Shown: piece by piece, positions 9,966 to 20,161 of the stretch
How the letters are laid out: each line of letters opens with the position of its first letter
Position numbering within the stretch: the stretch's first letter is position 1
Program-made: the position numbers and the translations under genes
IMG/VR virus record: IMGVR_UViG_3300044591_002613
Direction: 5' to 3' (one strand)
Length of the DNA stretch: 64,000 nucleotides
Origin: a virus
Notes under the pieces: generated by a model
Database searches by the model: none
What the model was told of the DNA's origin: nothing
What the model saw: the letters and a program-made list of their open reading frames with translations, nothing else

Positions 9966-10946
9966 TTACCAGCTAATGTTGCCGAAATTCCAACCTTTGA
10001 CATAATTTGTAGATCGAGCTTCGAAGAAGTCTACAAATTCTACGGCTTGGTTTAGAGGATTAAACCACGAACCGACTTTATCTGTTGGAAGATTAGTATA
10101 AATATCATTAAATCCAAGGTCGCGCATTTTTTGATTGATACGATGTTTGATAAAGTTTTTCATATCGTCTTTTTTCAATCCTTCGAGTTCTTCTTCTAAG
10201 AAGATTTTATCGATATAAATCATTTCCATATCGTGAATATGTTCAGCCGCTGTTTTTATTTGTTCCTCAAGAGCAGTTATTTGCTCTTTAGAATAATTCA
10301 TCTCGCTTACAAGAGTTTTAAACAACCAGCATCCAGCAGAAGAATGCAAACTTTCGTCACGAATGGACCAACTAATAATATTTGCCACGTCTTTTAGCTT
10401 ATTAAACCGTTGAAAATTTAACAGAATTGCAAACGAGCTAAATAACGACACGCCTTCGGTAAAGCCAGAAAAAACGGCGAGGGATAGTGGTAGGTCAGTT
10501 ACGTTGTTGATCTTCATTTTAGATTCAATAAATTCTGTTTTATGTTTTAAATCTTCGTCATCAAGAAACGACAAATAAAATTCTTTTGTGTCGAGGCCAA
10601 GTGCAGTATTGAGTTTGTCATATGCCTGCGCATGGATTGCTTCAAATGATGCAAATGTGTTTGCCATCATGCAAATTTCTGGTTGAACAAACCATTTAGC
10701 AACAACATTAGTCCAATAATCAGCTACAATATTTTCTGTTTGCGTGAAAATTTTTAAGATAGTAGTAATTGCGTGTTTTTCTTTTTCGGAAAATTCAGTG
10801 TGGTACTGATGAACGTCAGCATCCATCTCAACTTCCGAAGGATTCCAATGTGCTTTTTGCTGTTTTTCAAAAATATCAAAGGCGGTTGGATACACAAAGG
10901 GTCTAAAGTTCGTTCGCTTCTGCAAAATTTTTGGCAAAGCTTGCAT
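9966..10946 (-). CDS. nrdB: Ribonucleotide reductase class Ia, beta subunit
   Basis: HWNPSEV, EAIHAQAY (radical Tyr), TEGVSLFSSF, RDESLH and DFFEARSTNY. Confidence 0.95.
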   Translation of the reverse strand: MQALPKILQKRTNFRPFVYPTAFDIFEKQQKAHWNPSEVEMDADVHQYHTEFSEKEKHAITTILKIFTQTENIVADYWTNVVAKWFVQPEICMMANTFASFEAIHAQAYDKLNTALGLDTKEFYLSFLDDEDLKHKTEFIESKMKINNVTDLPLSLAVFSGFTEGVSLFSSFAILLNFQRFNKLKDVANIISWSIRDESLHSSAGCWLFKTLVSEMNYSKEQITALEEQIKTAAEHIHDMEMIYIDKIFLEEELEGLKKDDMKNFIKHRINQKMRDLGFNDIYTNLPTDKVGSWFNPLNQAVEFVDFFEARSTNYVKGWNFGNISW

Positions 10947-11055
10947 CTAAAAATGCTCCCATTAGAAATCTAGACTAGAGTTCTATTGTCACTCGGGTAT
11001 TTAAATTTTTTAGGATTAAAAATTTAAAATGTTGTTTTGATTATGCAAATACGCT

Positions 11056-12420
11056 TCAGAGAACATCTTCCAATTTTTCAGCAGTTTCCATACGATAGAT
11101 ACCATAGGCGAAGTCCGTTTTAACTTTGTATTTATTTTCATTACACCCTTCTCGCCCCTTGATAACATACAGAACTGCTTCATTATCGATACGCATTTGC
11201 GGGGTTCTATTAATAGAAATAATATTATCGGCCACAAAGCAAGCGTTATATGAACCAGAAATCATGCTCATGTCAATTAATTGATTTTCGTCGTTATTAC
11301 GCAACATTGCAGCACCAGAACGATTTACTTGGAAGTGGGTAAAACCAATCATATGGTGTTTTAAACAAAAATCCTTAAAATCTGCCATGGCGCGATGGAG
11401 CTTTTCATGCATGCTATCGCCCGGAGCCATATGTCCAATATGTTGAATATAGTCAATGATTATAACTTTATTTTCTGGTAATCCTTGATTTCTGCGTTCA
11501 CGATTCTTTTCTGATATTTTTTGCAAAATAGAAGACGGTGGATTCTGGTATACAAAATCAATCGTTACATATTTTTGTAATTCAATCGAAGCTGCACGAA
11601 TTGCATTCTTCTTATCCTGAGAAAGATCTGTATATTTGGACAATTCGTTGATTGGAATACCAGTCATATTGGCATACAAACGTCGCAAAATAGTTGGTTG
11701 GCGGTCTTCCACAAAGATTGCGTGAACGTGCTTCTGCTGTCGTACAGCTTGCACAATAAGGTGGATGGACATCATACTCTTACCACCACCGGAAGTAGAA
11801 ATGAACAAATTCATAGACTGTTCTTCAAAACCGGCCATAGTATCAAAATCGGTAATACCAATCTTAAATCGTTTATAACGCTTTTGGGAGTTTTCTTCTA
11901 AGAACTTATGCGCAGTTTCCCAGTTTACAGTTTCCTCTTCCTCAGTACCAATAGACTTAATCTTGCTAAGAGTAACTTCAAGATCACGATAAGCGGAATC
12001 AAAATCAGTATTTTTAAATTTTTTAGTAACCGATTTGTGTGAATTAATAAAAGTTTGTGCCTTGAGGTATCGCAAGAATTCAGCAAAATAGCCGTCGTTT
12101 TGTGCAAACTTATACAAATCCGCATCTAATCGCATTTTTTCCGCCAGCTGCATACTTGCATCGCGCCCATCTCCCGAAGGCTGTAGGTTTAGCCAGCCTA
12201 ACAGCGCTTCCATAGATACAGGTTCATTCTTAGAACGATCTAGCAGTACTTTTGCAATACGAAATAATGACTGATTTTCGTCGCCAATATCAAACATTTC
12301 CGGATATAGATATTCACGGTATTTGTCAATCATTGCTGGCTGCAACACCAAACGAAGAATTGCCCCTTTAAGAAACCTAGCATCAAAATTAACAATATTA
12401 TCTTTAATTTCGGAGCTCAT
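11056..12420 (-). CDS. DnaB-like replicative helicase (SF4)
   Basis: Walker A STSGGGKS, IFVED, Walker B IIIDY, FQVNR, ADNIISI and KGREG. Confidence 0.85.
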   Translation of the reverse strand: MSSEIKDNIVNFDARFLKGAILRLVLQPAMIDKYREYLYPEMFDIGDENQSLFRIAKVLLDRSKNEPVSMEALLGWLNLQPSGDGRDASMQLAEKMRLDADLYKFAQNDGYFAEFLRYLKAQTFINSHKSVTKKFKNTDFDSAYRDLEVTLSKIKSIGTEEEETVNWETAHKFLEENSQKRYKRFKIGITDFDTMAGFEEQSMNLFISTSGGGKSMMSIHLIVQAVRQQKHVHAIFVEDRQPTILRRLYANMTGIPINELSKYTDLSQDKKNAIRAASIELQKYVTIDFVYQNPPSSILQKISEKNRERRNQGLPENKVIIIDYIQHIGHMAPGDSMHEKLHRAMADFKDFCLKHHMIGFTHFQVNRSGAAMLRNNDENQLIDMSMISGSYNACFVADNIISINRTPQMRIDNEAVLYVIKGREGCNENKYKVKTDFAYGIYRMETAEKLEDVL

Positions 12421-12695
12421 GCGTTTCTTCGTCCCTTCCCTAATTTATCCAAATCCCGCTCTTGCTCTTCGATACTAGCCTGCTCGGAAACAAATGAGTC
12501 TATTGTATCTACATTGTCGTACAGATATTCCACCATATGTCCAGTTGTAACCGGGACTGTTGCCGCAGAAATTACAGGTTTTAATTCGGCAGCATTACAC
12601 TCTGGGCAATTAGTAGGTTTTTTGTCTTCCCAACATAATAACGAATGCCTACAAGATTTGCACAATAGACGTATAAGTTTCGGTTCCATATCCAC
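12417..12695 (-). CDS. Zinc-ribbon protein
   Basis: CKSC...CPEC. SD GAGGTGG upstream; coupled to the helicase. Confidence 0.65.
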   Translation of the reverse strand: MDMEPKLIRLLCKSCRHSLLCWEDKKPTNCPECNAAELKPVISAATVPVTTGHMVEYLYDNVDTIDSFVSEQASIEEQERDLDKLGKGRRNA

Positions 12696-12723
12696 CTCTG
12701 CCGATAATGTTACGCATAATTAA

Positions 12724-12759
12724 CAAAAAAGAAAACCCCTAAGAAAAAATCTTAGGGGT
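12724..12759 (-). terminator. Rho-independent terminator after the scaffold-like gene
   Basis: ACCCCTAAGA-AAAAA-TCTTAGGGGT hairpin with a U-rich tail on the minus strand. Confidence 0.75.
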
Positions 12760-12790
12760 GAAATTCCTAGTTCATAGGGGAGGGATAGGA

Positions 12791-13741
12791 TTATGAACGA
12801 GGAGCTTTAATACCAATTCTTTCAAGTTCTTTATAGAACTCGCTAGCGTCTTCAACAGACTTGGATAGGTTGGCTTTAGTAACTAGGTCAGAATTAACTT
12901 TCTTGTTACCAGCAGCCTGCTCGCTGATGAGCCAGTTCGCCAAAGTCGCACCAGTCATTACTTCTTTTGAAGAATCAGATGATGATTTTTCAAGAACGGT
13001 AATTTTTGGATCTGCATATTTTTGAGCAGGAACAACAGAACCTTGCTCGACTTTTTTTGCACTACTCTTTTTAAGAGCAGCAACTTGTGCAGTTAGGTCA
13101 TCAATCTTTTTAAGAGCAGCCTTTAAGCTTTTTTCCATTTTCTCAGAAGACTCATCTTCTTCTTTCTTCCTACTAGCAAGCCATTCTTCATGCTTTTTAT
13201 TTTGCTCTTCGGAAGGAGCTTTAGGATCGGCCTTAATTTTTGACGGGTCTATAGATTTTTCAGCAGCGTCTCCGTCCCGCTTAGCAAGTTCAGCCTGAAC
13301 AGCAGACATAAGCGTTTTAATTTCTTCGTCAGAAAGTTCGGCTACTTTAGAATCAAGATCTCCGTCCTCTGATTTTTCAGCCTCTTCAGATTCAGAATCT
13401 TCTTTGTCTTCTTCTTCCTCATCACCCATTTCTTCTTCGGAAGATTCCTCTTCTGCCTTTTCCATTTCTGGCTCTTCGGACGGCTCTTCATCGCCACCAC
13501 GACCTTCAGCTTCTTCAACTAAAGAAGAAATTAATTCATGAAGTTCTTCGTCAGAAAGTTTTTTTGCATATCCAGCAAGGCTTTCTTCGTCTTCTCCATG
13601 ATCCGCCATATGAACTGCGTCTTCTTGCGCATCACTAGGCTCGTCTTCCGCTTTTTCCATTTTAGAATCCCAAGATTTTTTGAGATCTAAAACTTCAGTC
13701 ATCAGTGTATCGATGTTCTGAAACAGTTCACTTTTTTTCAT
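12791..13741 (-). CDS. Acidic coiled-coil head scaffolding / prohead core-like protein
   Basis: Very Glu/Asp-rich. Carries repeated (L/M/A)xK[SA] motifs, a duplicated LSDEE helix and a strong SD GAGGTGG. Confidence 0.55.
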   Translation of the reverse strand: MKKSELFQNIDTLMTEVLDLKKSWDSKMEKAEDEPSDAQEDAVHMADHGEDEESLAGYAKKLSDEELHELISSLVEEAEGRGGDEEPSEEPEMEKAEEESSEEEMGDEEEEDKEDSESEEAEKSEDGDLDSKVAELSDEEIKTLMSAVQAELAKRDGDAAEKSIDPSKIKADPKAPSEEQNKKHEEWLASRKKEEDESSEKMEKSLKAALKKIDDLTAQVAALKKSSAKKVEQGSVVPAQKYADPKITVLEKSSSDSSKEVMTGATLANWLISEQAAGNKKVNSDLVTKANLSKSVEDASEFYKELERIGIKAPRS

Positions 13742-13754
13742 CTACCACCTCTTC

Positions 13755-14042
13755 TTACGGTTCAAGAGCTGTAATGCGAGCTTCGTGATCAGCAGCGGTT
13801 GATTCTAAAGTGCTGACTTGGCCTTGTAGCGTAGCAACAGCGCCTTGAAGAGCAAGAACTGCCGCTTGAAGAGCTGCAATTGCTGCAGATTGATCTGCCA
13901 CTTCGCCAGCCGCAGCCGCTTCAATTAGATCACCTAGCTTGATACCAGATTGATCTGCAGGAAGGCCGGGAAGGTTTAGCGCAGGCTGTGATTTTGAAAA
14001 ATCATTTAGAAGTTTTTTTACTTCAGGGGTTAAAAGAGCCAT
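13755..14042 (-). CDS. Small coiled-coil virion protein (putative head decoration/fibre)
   Basis: Heptad run IAALQAAVLALQGAVATLQGQVSTLE ending HEARITALE. Confidence 0.5.
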   Translation of the reverse strand: MALLTPEVKKLLNDFSKSQPALNLPGLPADQSGIKLGDLIEAAAAGEVADQSAAIAALQAAVLALQGAVATLQGQVSTLESTAADHEARITALEP

Positions 14043-14062
14043 GCTTATCTACCTCGTGTTTT

Positions 14063-14090
14063 AAAAATAAATGGGCCTCTCGGCCCATTA
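14063..14090 (-). terminator. Terminator/hairpin after the 175-aa structural gene
   Basis: AATGGGCC-GAGA-GGCCCATT followed by TATTTTT on the minus strand. Confidence 0.65.
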
Positions 14091-14092
14091 AA

Positions 14093-14620
14093 TTAGGCCA
14101 AAGAACCAGGAGCAGTGCCGCGCCCATAAGGCATAAGCACACCAACTTCAACACCTGCAGCATCCCATGTTGCGGCAGCAGTTGCAAGGGCTCCACTTGG
14201 AGCAAGAGCAGGAGCAGTTCCGGCAGCAGTTTGTTTTAACTTAACTGCAGCACCGTTTTGGCCGCGAAGAACATGAAGTACATCTGGAAGGAACTTATGA
14301 AGTCCGCCAGCAGCAGGAGTTGCCGCTGGAGATTCAACGATCAGTTCAACTAGAGCAGCGCCTTCAGCAAATTGGCCAGCAGCATGGAGTTGAGTTTTCA
14401 TTGAATCCGGCCATTGAAGGCCAGCAACTTCCCAAGCTTTAAAACGGAGGAAACATTGAAGATCACCAGCCGCCGAACCTGCAGAAGAAAGATTCAACCA
14501 AGCAATAACATTGCCATCAGAATCAAGAGAAACAACTTTAGCCTTAGCTTTTGAATAGCCAAGGTTTTTTAGATTGTCTTCAAGCTGTTTAGCAACTTTG
14601 GAAAAACGTGGACTAGCCAT
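14093..14620 (-). CDS. Ala/Gly-rich, probably highly expressed virion protein (candidate capsid decoration protein)
   Basis: Codon usage resembles the capsid gene. It has its own GTGTATAAT box, SD GAGGT and a downstream hairpin. Confidence 0.5.
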   Translation of the reverse strand: MASPRFSKVAKQLEDNLKNLGYSKAKAKVVSLDSDGNVIAWLNLSSAGSAAGDLQCFLRFKAWEVAGLQWPDSMKTQLHAAGQFAEGAALVELIVESPAATPAAGGLHKFLPDVLHVLRGQNGAAVKLKQTAAGTAPALAPSGALATAAATWDAAGVEVGVLMPYGRGTAPGSLA

Positions 14621-14662
14621 ATTAAATTACCTCTGTAAAGAAAGAGTGTTAAACTATAAAAA

Positions 14663-14671
14663 ATTATACAC
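14663..14671 (-). promoter_or_regulatory. Candidate late promoter box GTGTATAAT
   Basis: Identical to the boxes at 5902-5910 and 35944-35952. Confidence 0.5.
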
Positions 14672-15075
14672 TAAAATCCCGGGGAAGAAATGTTCTTTTT
14701 GACAATATACGGCACACTACTTTTGGTTTGAGCACCGCTGATTGTCACAATTAACTGAACAGAACCCGAAAGAATAGAAGATGCATCATCTGCAGATAAA
14801 GTTATTTGAAATAACGATTTATCATTAGGTGATACTACGGTTGCAGTTTTTGAAATAGTTTTAGCGGTTTCTCCGCTTTTTGCCGGTCTAGATCGTAAAA
14901 ACGCAACATTGACTGTTGTTGAATTGTCTATAATAAATCTTCTATTCCCTAAACCGTCGGTTTTTGTTAAAATGAAGTATAAAGTGGTCGGACTTCCACT
15001 AGACACCTCCCAACTTTTTATGAAAGTAAAATCATTTATGTTGCTAAAATATTCAATTGGTTGGATTCCAAACAT
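14671..15075 (-). CDS. Hypothetical beta-rich protein (possible Ig-like/BppU-type structural domain)
   Basis: 134 aa of alternating beta-strand patterns (LFQITLSADDASSILSGSVQLIVT). Confidence 0.45.
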   Translation of the reverse strand: MFGIQPIEYFSNINDFTFIKSWEVSSGSPTTLYFILTKTDGLGNRRFIIDNSTTVNVAFLRSRPAKSGETAKTISKTATVVSPNDKSLFQITLSADDASSILSGSVQLIVTISGAQTKSSVPYIVKKNISSPGF

Positions 15076-15155
15076 CTGAGTAAATCCTTTTTTTATTATT
15101 TAATGATATCATATTTATCATGTTTATATTCTACTGACATAATAAGAGGCAAAAA

Positions 15156-16310
15156 ATGAGTTTTATTCAAAAATTTGGAGCAAATAAACTTGGAGTTTTT
15201 GATTTTAAAGGGACTTGGGACGCCTCATCTAATAATCCAGAGTTAACATCGGGAATTGGGAAAAAAGGAAATTATTACATAGTTTCCCAAGCCGGCTCAA
15301 CCTCTATAGATAATGAATCAAATTGGGAGGTTGGGGATTGGATTATTTTTAGTGGAACAGAGTGGCAGCGCCTAAATACTGCTGACGGAACAGTTCAAGC
15401 AAGTGAAAAGGGAGTTGCAAATGGTGTAGCTACACTAGATTCAACTGGCCTTGTACCCGCAGAACAACTTCCTCCATATCCATCTGCACCAGTAACTTCT
15501 GTAAACGGATTGACCGGAGACGTAATAATTGCCACCGGAGATACCGCAATATCAGATAGCATAACTGATGGTGTAACTAATATTGCCCCATCGCAAAACG
15601 CAGTCTTTGACGCTCTAGCTTTAAAAGCTAATGATGTCGATGTAGTGAAAAGTGTAAATAACGTATTGCCGGTAAGTAATAACGTATCTATTAATACAGA
15701 TAATATTTCAGAAGGCGATACTAATTTGTATTTCTCTCCTACCAGAGCAACCGAAGCGGTTGTTGTGAATTCAACTTCTGGTAACGAAACAGATCAGTCT
15801 CCATCTGTTGATGCCATTAAAGCCTATGTAGATAATACAGTTGGCAACACTGGATTCGGGCAACGTTATAATTATTTTTTGAATACCGAAGCCACCACAT
15901 CTTCAACATCTTACAGCTCGATCGGTGGGTTGACTTCCGCTAGTTTGCCAACAGGCTTGTATAAATTTAAATTTTGGGGATTGATGCAGAGTAGCACAGC
16001 AACAAATGGCGTTGGTGTGCGTATTGACGGTACAGATGCGGGTATCTCCACTTGCTTTGCGTTCTGGAATATTTCACAAGCTGCCGACGGAACAAATAGC
16101 ACATTTTCTTATGACCAAACAGGTTTAACAACAAACGTTGTTTCTCAATCAGCGCCATCTGCAAACACAAATTTTTTGGTTATAGGCGATGGTGTTTTTA
16201 GAATAACATCCGCCGGGACGATTGCGATTCAAATGAGATCGGAAGGGGCGCATCTTATTAAAATGATGCCCGATTCTTGCTTTTCTATTGACCTCATTTC
16301 AGCAAGCTAA
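15156..16310 (+). CDS. Fibre-like virion protein
   Basis: FKGTWDASSNNP...WEVGDWIIFSGTEWQRL, KGVANGVATLDSTG, VTSVNGLTGDV and ISEGDTNLYF are modules typical of phage fibres. Confidence 0.65.
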   Translation: MSFIQKFGANKLGVFDFKGTWDASSNNPELTSGIGKKGNYYIVSQAGSTSIDNESNWEVGDWIIFSGTEWQRLNTADGTVQASEKGVANGVATLDSTGLVPAEQLPPYPSAPVTSVNGLTGDVIIATGDTAISDSITDGVTNIAPSQNAVFDALALKANDVDVVKSVNNVLPVSNNVSINTDNISEGDTNLYFSPTRATEAVVVNSTSGNETDQSPSVDAIKAYVDNTVGNTGFGQRYNYFLNTEATTSSTSYSSIGGLTSASLPTGLYKFKFWGLMQSSTATNGVGVRIDGTDAGISTCFAFWNISQAADGTNSTFSYDQTGLTTNVVSQSAPSANTNFLVIGDGVFRITSAGTIAIQMRSEGAHLIKMMPDSCFSIDLISAS

Positions 16311-16329
16311 TTTGAAGTGTTTCATAAAC

Positions 16330-16367
16330 AAAAAAAACCCCACCAATTTCTTGGTGGGGCCTTTTTT
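16330..16367. terminator. Bidirectional Rho-independent terminator
   Basis: A8-CCCCACCAA-TTTC-TTGGTGGGG-CC-T6 between convergent genes. Confidence 0.85.
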
Positions 16368-16380
16368 ATACTAGACCGTA

Positions 16381-18228
16381 TTAGATAACAGATCTGGTCT
16401 GGTATTTAATGCGAATTTTATCGCCCTCAGCAAGTGCTTCCTCGCCACCGGGTAGTAAACTTCCATCAAACGCCATTCTCCAATTGTCGCCAAGATTGAT
16501 CAAAGAAAAATCATCGCCTTCATGGATAGCTAGTCTGTCTATAAACGCTACTAGAGAGCCCTCTGCATATTCTGCGCCAAATCCTAAATCAACATATCCA
16601 TCGGCAATCATTTGTGCAGTGATTTCAAAGCTTCCTGAAACCCATGTAATATCTGCCAATTGATTCAACGAAGAAACAACTTGGGATTTTAGCTCATCAA
16701 GTGCAGACTTAACGGAAGCTTCTCCGCCGGCTGCAACTGTCCAATCGCCAACAGAAGCTGGAACGAATTTAAAGTCGCCCGCAGATGCACCAAGAGCCAT
16801 TCGCGTACCAGCGGCAACATTTTCTGCAGCGGCTGATCTTGTGACGTTGGTGAACAAATAAGGAGCAGAACCGGTTTTTGTTAATGCACAATAAGCAGCT
16901 CCGTTATGTAACATAACGTCTCTTAGGTAGAGAGCACCAGGGCTTGCAGCCGAAGACACCAAACCAGCAACGTTTGTAAATGCAGATTTTGCAATAGAAA
17001 CAATACCCGCATTATGAACAACAGAGTGGATTCTTTCACAGTTATTAACTACAAGAGTACCGCAGTCTACAAGCTGTTGAGCAAGAGCTTGTTCTTGATT
17101 CAACGAAACACTTTGGTCTGCCGCAGGAGTACCTTGCATTTTTAGACCATAGTGGTAGCCATTTGTGAAATCATGCCAACGGCGCCATGCACCAGAAAAT
17201 TGGACGGTACCAGAAAAACCGCAATTTTCGAAATAGTGGCGACCAGCAGTACCGTTGATAGTTAGCACTGTATTATTAACACCGCCCGGAGCTTCAATGA
17301 AGATATTCTTCATTTTAATACGAGTAGTATTTGCACCAGCAATTGTGATTGTACCAACTAGTTTAATTGGAATAATACCGTTAATTAAACCATCTTCGAC
17401 CATGATTGTACATTTTCCGCCGCCAGCAGCAGAAAGAGCATTCAGGCCAGCCGCAGTACGAATTGCATCTGGGTCAATACTAATACTAAGAGGTCTAGCG
17501 TTATTACCAGTTTGCATACTTACATTTGCACCAGTGCTATCTCCAGCAGCAAGCGCACGAATAACGACTACGAAGTCATGATTTGCATCACTATTTCCGT
17601 AAGTCATGTCATCTAGTTGAGTATAGCCATGGTTAATAGCGGCTTGGATGGTATTGAATGGCTTAAAAACAGTACCATCTGGCGTATATGAAAGACTTTC
17701 AGATTCTTTATGCCAACCGCCGGGAGCAGTAAGGTCTACATAGAGGAATCTGCGTGAATCAGATGGGTTAAGACGCTCAGAAATTCGTTGCTCAACAGAG
17801 TCAGCAACGCTTTCGTCGCCTTCTAGCGTATCTAGTCTGCCGTCAAGAGCACTAATTTGGCTTGCGATTGTTGAAGCAAAGTTTTCATCATCGCCAAGAG
17901 CTGCTGAAAGTTCTTGCAATGTATTTAGAAGATCAGGAGCCGCGCCAACAGTTGCTGCAATTTGTGCATCCGTGTAGCTGTTTGCGGAGCTTAACGCACC
18001 AGAAACTTCGGTATCAACATAGCCTTTACGAGCTAGATGCTCTGCATCTGAAGGGTCAACGGATGCCTTTGGAAGAACTAGCATACGAAGATCGCCAGAA
18101 GCATCTAGCTTCATGAGCTCAACAACGTTATCGCTAGCGTCTAGGGCGCGAACGGATTGATCGTTAAGAAGAAGCAGTTTCGCACCATCAACTGCATTAT
18201 TCTTAATAAACTTCTTTTTAATCTGCAT
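16381..18228 (-). CDS. Fibre/spike protein with a putative beta-helix region
   Basis: HLARKGYVD and GAAPDLLNTLQELSAALGDDENFAST fibre motifs. DGTVFKPFNTIQAAIN precedes a beta-helix-like stretch. Confidence 0.65.
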   Translation of the reverse strand: MQIKKKFIKNNAVDGAKLLLLNDQSVRALDASDNVVELMKLDASGDLRMLVLPKASVDPSDAEHLARKGYVDTEVSGALSSANSYTDAQIAATVGAAPDLLNTLQELSAALGDDENFASTIASQISALDGRLDTLEGDESVADSVEQRISERLNPSDSRRFLYVDLTAPGGWHKESESLSYTPDGTVFKPFNTIQAAINHGYTQLDDMTYGNSDANHDFVVVIRALAAGDSTGANVSMQTGNNARPLSISIDPDAIRTAAGLNALSAAGGGKCTIMVEDGLINGIIPIKLVGTITIAGANTTRIKMKNIFIEAPGGVNNTVLTINGTAGRHYFENCGFSGTVQFSGAWRRWHDFTNGYHYGLKMQGTPAADQSVSLNQEQALAQQLVDCGTLVVNNCERIHSVVHNAGIVSIAKSAFTNVAGLVSSAASPGALYLRDVMLHNGAAYCALTKTGSAPYLFTNVTRSAAAENVAAGTRMALGASAGDFKFVPASVGDWTVAAGGEASVKSALDELKSQVVSSLNQLADITWVSGSFEITAQMIADGYVDLGFGAEYAEGSLVAFIDRLAIHEGDDFSLINLGDNWRMAFDGSLLPGGEEALAEGDKIRIKYQTRSVI

Positions 18229-18291
18229 AACAAAATACTCCTTTGTGTGTGTGAAAAAACACTATAAAAGTATATCACATCTTTTTATTAA

Positions 18292-18543
18292 TTAATCGAG
18301 ATATTCTTCTAATTCCTGAACATCTACTCCGAATAATTCTATTGAATAGCTATGGCAGGATTTCTTTCCCTGCCCTAATGAAAACGCAAAGTGCCAATCT
18401 TCTGGCAGAAACTGTGGAATGTTTGTTTCCTCCGATCCGTTCTTCTCTAAATACCCAACATATTCTCTCAACGCTTCAAGGTACGAGCCTTCAAAATCAT
18501 CTGGTAACAAAAACTCAATTTTTGCAGAAAATTTCTTTTTCAT
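18292..18543 (-). CDS. Hypothetical protein
   Basis: 83-aa ORF directly after the chaperonin. Confidence 0.5.
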   Translation of the reverse strand: MKKKFSAKIEFLLPDDFEGSYLEALREYVGYLEKNGSEETNIPQFLPEDWHFAFSLGQGKKSCHSYSIELFGVDVQELEEYLD

Positions 18544-18550
18544 TATAATA

Positions 18551-20161
18551 CTATACGCCTCTTAAAATTTCTTTAGCCCTTGCCGCCTGCTCCATTTGAT
18601 CTAAATCTGCTTCAAGGCTATATCCACCTAAATTTGTCACCAACAAACCTAGTTCAAAGGCATTTGTGATAACAGAGCGAATAGTTTCAAAACTATCGGC
18701 AACCCCGTGGTCTAAAAAGTTTTCAACCTTTTGAATATCATTATCGGTAATATAATATGTTTCATTTTTACCAAAATGCTTCATAGGCGTTTCACCAAAA
18801 TTTGTCATAATCACATTATGAATGCTTGCAAGCGCTGTTTGCACCGACTGAGAAACCTTAGCTTGCTGACCCGCTCGCATATATGAAGCGCCACAACCTG
18901 GAAGAGCGCCTGAGCGCGAACAGGCTTGCGAGGCTTTAATAGCGTCATCGGCACGGTCGGCTCGTTCTTGTAGATCACTCATTAGTGAACCACCAATAAT
19001 AAGCTTAACACAACCGCCAGTCAGTGATGCATTACGAGAATGAATAATGTCACGATCCATTTGGCTTGGCGCTAAGCAAGCCGATTCTTCATTTTGTTCT
19101 GCTCGCTCAATAATCCAGTTACGTTCTGATTTACCTAAAATAAAAGTTTTGTGCGGCCCAATTCGAACCGACTGACAGTCTCCAAAATCTCCTATAGCTA
19201 GATGAGTTAGACTGCCACCATCCATAACTTTTGCGCCAGTATAGGATGCAATGTCATTAAGCTGCTGGACTTGTCCATTTAGCTCTGCAGATGGAGTTGT
19301 TCTTGCAACAAATACCTTTGCATTGGGATTTTGACGGTTAAAAAATGCTAAATTTGCAGCCAAATCTTCGGCAATTTGATGACAAACAATCAGCAGGTTC
19401 CACCCACTAGTCGCATTTCTTGCCAAGCATTCCAACATTGGCTTGACTTGGGACATCATCATTAGGTCGCCATTATATGGCAATACATGGCATTGCTTGA
19501 TTGTAAATTCAGCATTATTTGCCAAGTTTGGTCGAACACTTTGTGCAAACGGCAAATAATAACTATATCCAGTGCCGGCTTGATAGCCGTATTCTTTATC
19601 AATTTTATAGGGATCTTTGGACATAGGGTTTTTTTCTACAATTACAGTTCCGTAAGCAGAGCTTTGAGATACTGCGTCCATTACAAACTTAGTAAGTTCG
19701 TCATCGCCGTTGGCACTGGTTAGTGCTACCTTATAAACGGCTTCGTCACTAGCAATAGCTTCACCTTTAATAGCCTCGATAGCACTTTGAATTTCTTTGC
19801 GAAACTTACGGGCAGCTGCTTGTGGATTGTTTCCACTATTGACCAAAGCTTTAGCAAAAGCGGCAGCCATTACAATAGTTGAAGTTGTGCCGTCTCCGGA
19901 CGATACAACCGAGTTTGCACTAGCTTGCAGACAAAGTTTATGCACGGCGTCAAATACCGGATCGGTATAACGCAAACTGTTTAATACATTAAACCCGTCT
20001 TTAGTATGGGAGACAGAAATTTCATCGGCAGAATTACGACGACTTAAAAGAACAGTTTTACCGCCAGGCCCAAGAGTACTACCTACGATATGAGAAATTT
20101 CTTCTAATGCTTGAACAGCTTTATTTCTTGCCTCGTGTCCATATTTTATTTCTTTTGCCAT
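18551..20161 (-). CDS. groEL: Phage-encoded GroEL-like (Cpn60) chaperonin
   Basis: MAKEIKYG, STLGPGG, TKDG, GDGTTS, SANGD, DRADDAI and LPGCG. No GGM tail. Confidence 0.9.
   Translation of the reverse strand: MAKEIKYGHEARNKAVQALEEISHIVGSTLGPGGKTVLLSRRNSADEISVSHTKDGFNVLNSLRYTDPVFDAVHKLCLQASANSVVSSGDGTTSTIVMAAAFAKALVNSGNNPQAAARKFRKEIQSAIEAIKGEAIASDEAVYKVALTSANGDDELTKFVMDAVSQSSAYGTVIVEKNPMSKDPYKIDKEYGYQAGTGYSYYLPFAQSVRPNLANNAEFTIKQCHVLPYNGDLMMMSQVKPMLECLARNATSGWNLLIVCHQIAEDLAANLAFFNRQNPNAKVFVARTTPSAELNGQVQQLNDIASYTGAKVMDGGSLTHLAIGDFGDCQSVRIGPHKTFILGKSERNWIIERAEQNEESACLAPSQMDRDIIHSRNASLTGGCVKLIIGGSLMSDLQERADRADDAIKASQACSRSGALPGCGASYMRAGQQAKVSQSVQTALASIHNVIMTNFGETPMKHFGKNETYYITDNDIQKVENFLDHGVADSFETIRSVITNAFELGLLVTNLGGYSLEADLDQMEQAARAKEILRGV

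Noticed and set aside
8270-10946. Introns or inteins in nrdA/nrdB (also checked by eye in recA and the helicase)
   Set aside because: The ORFs are continuous and of normal compact length.
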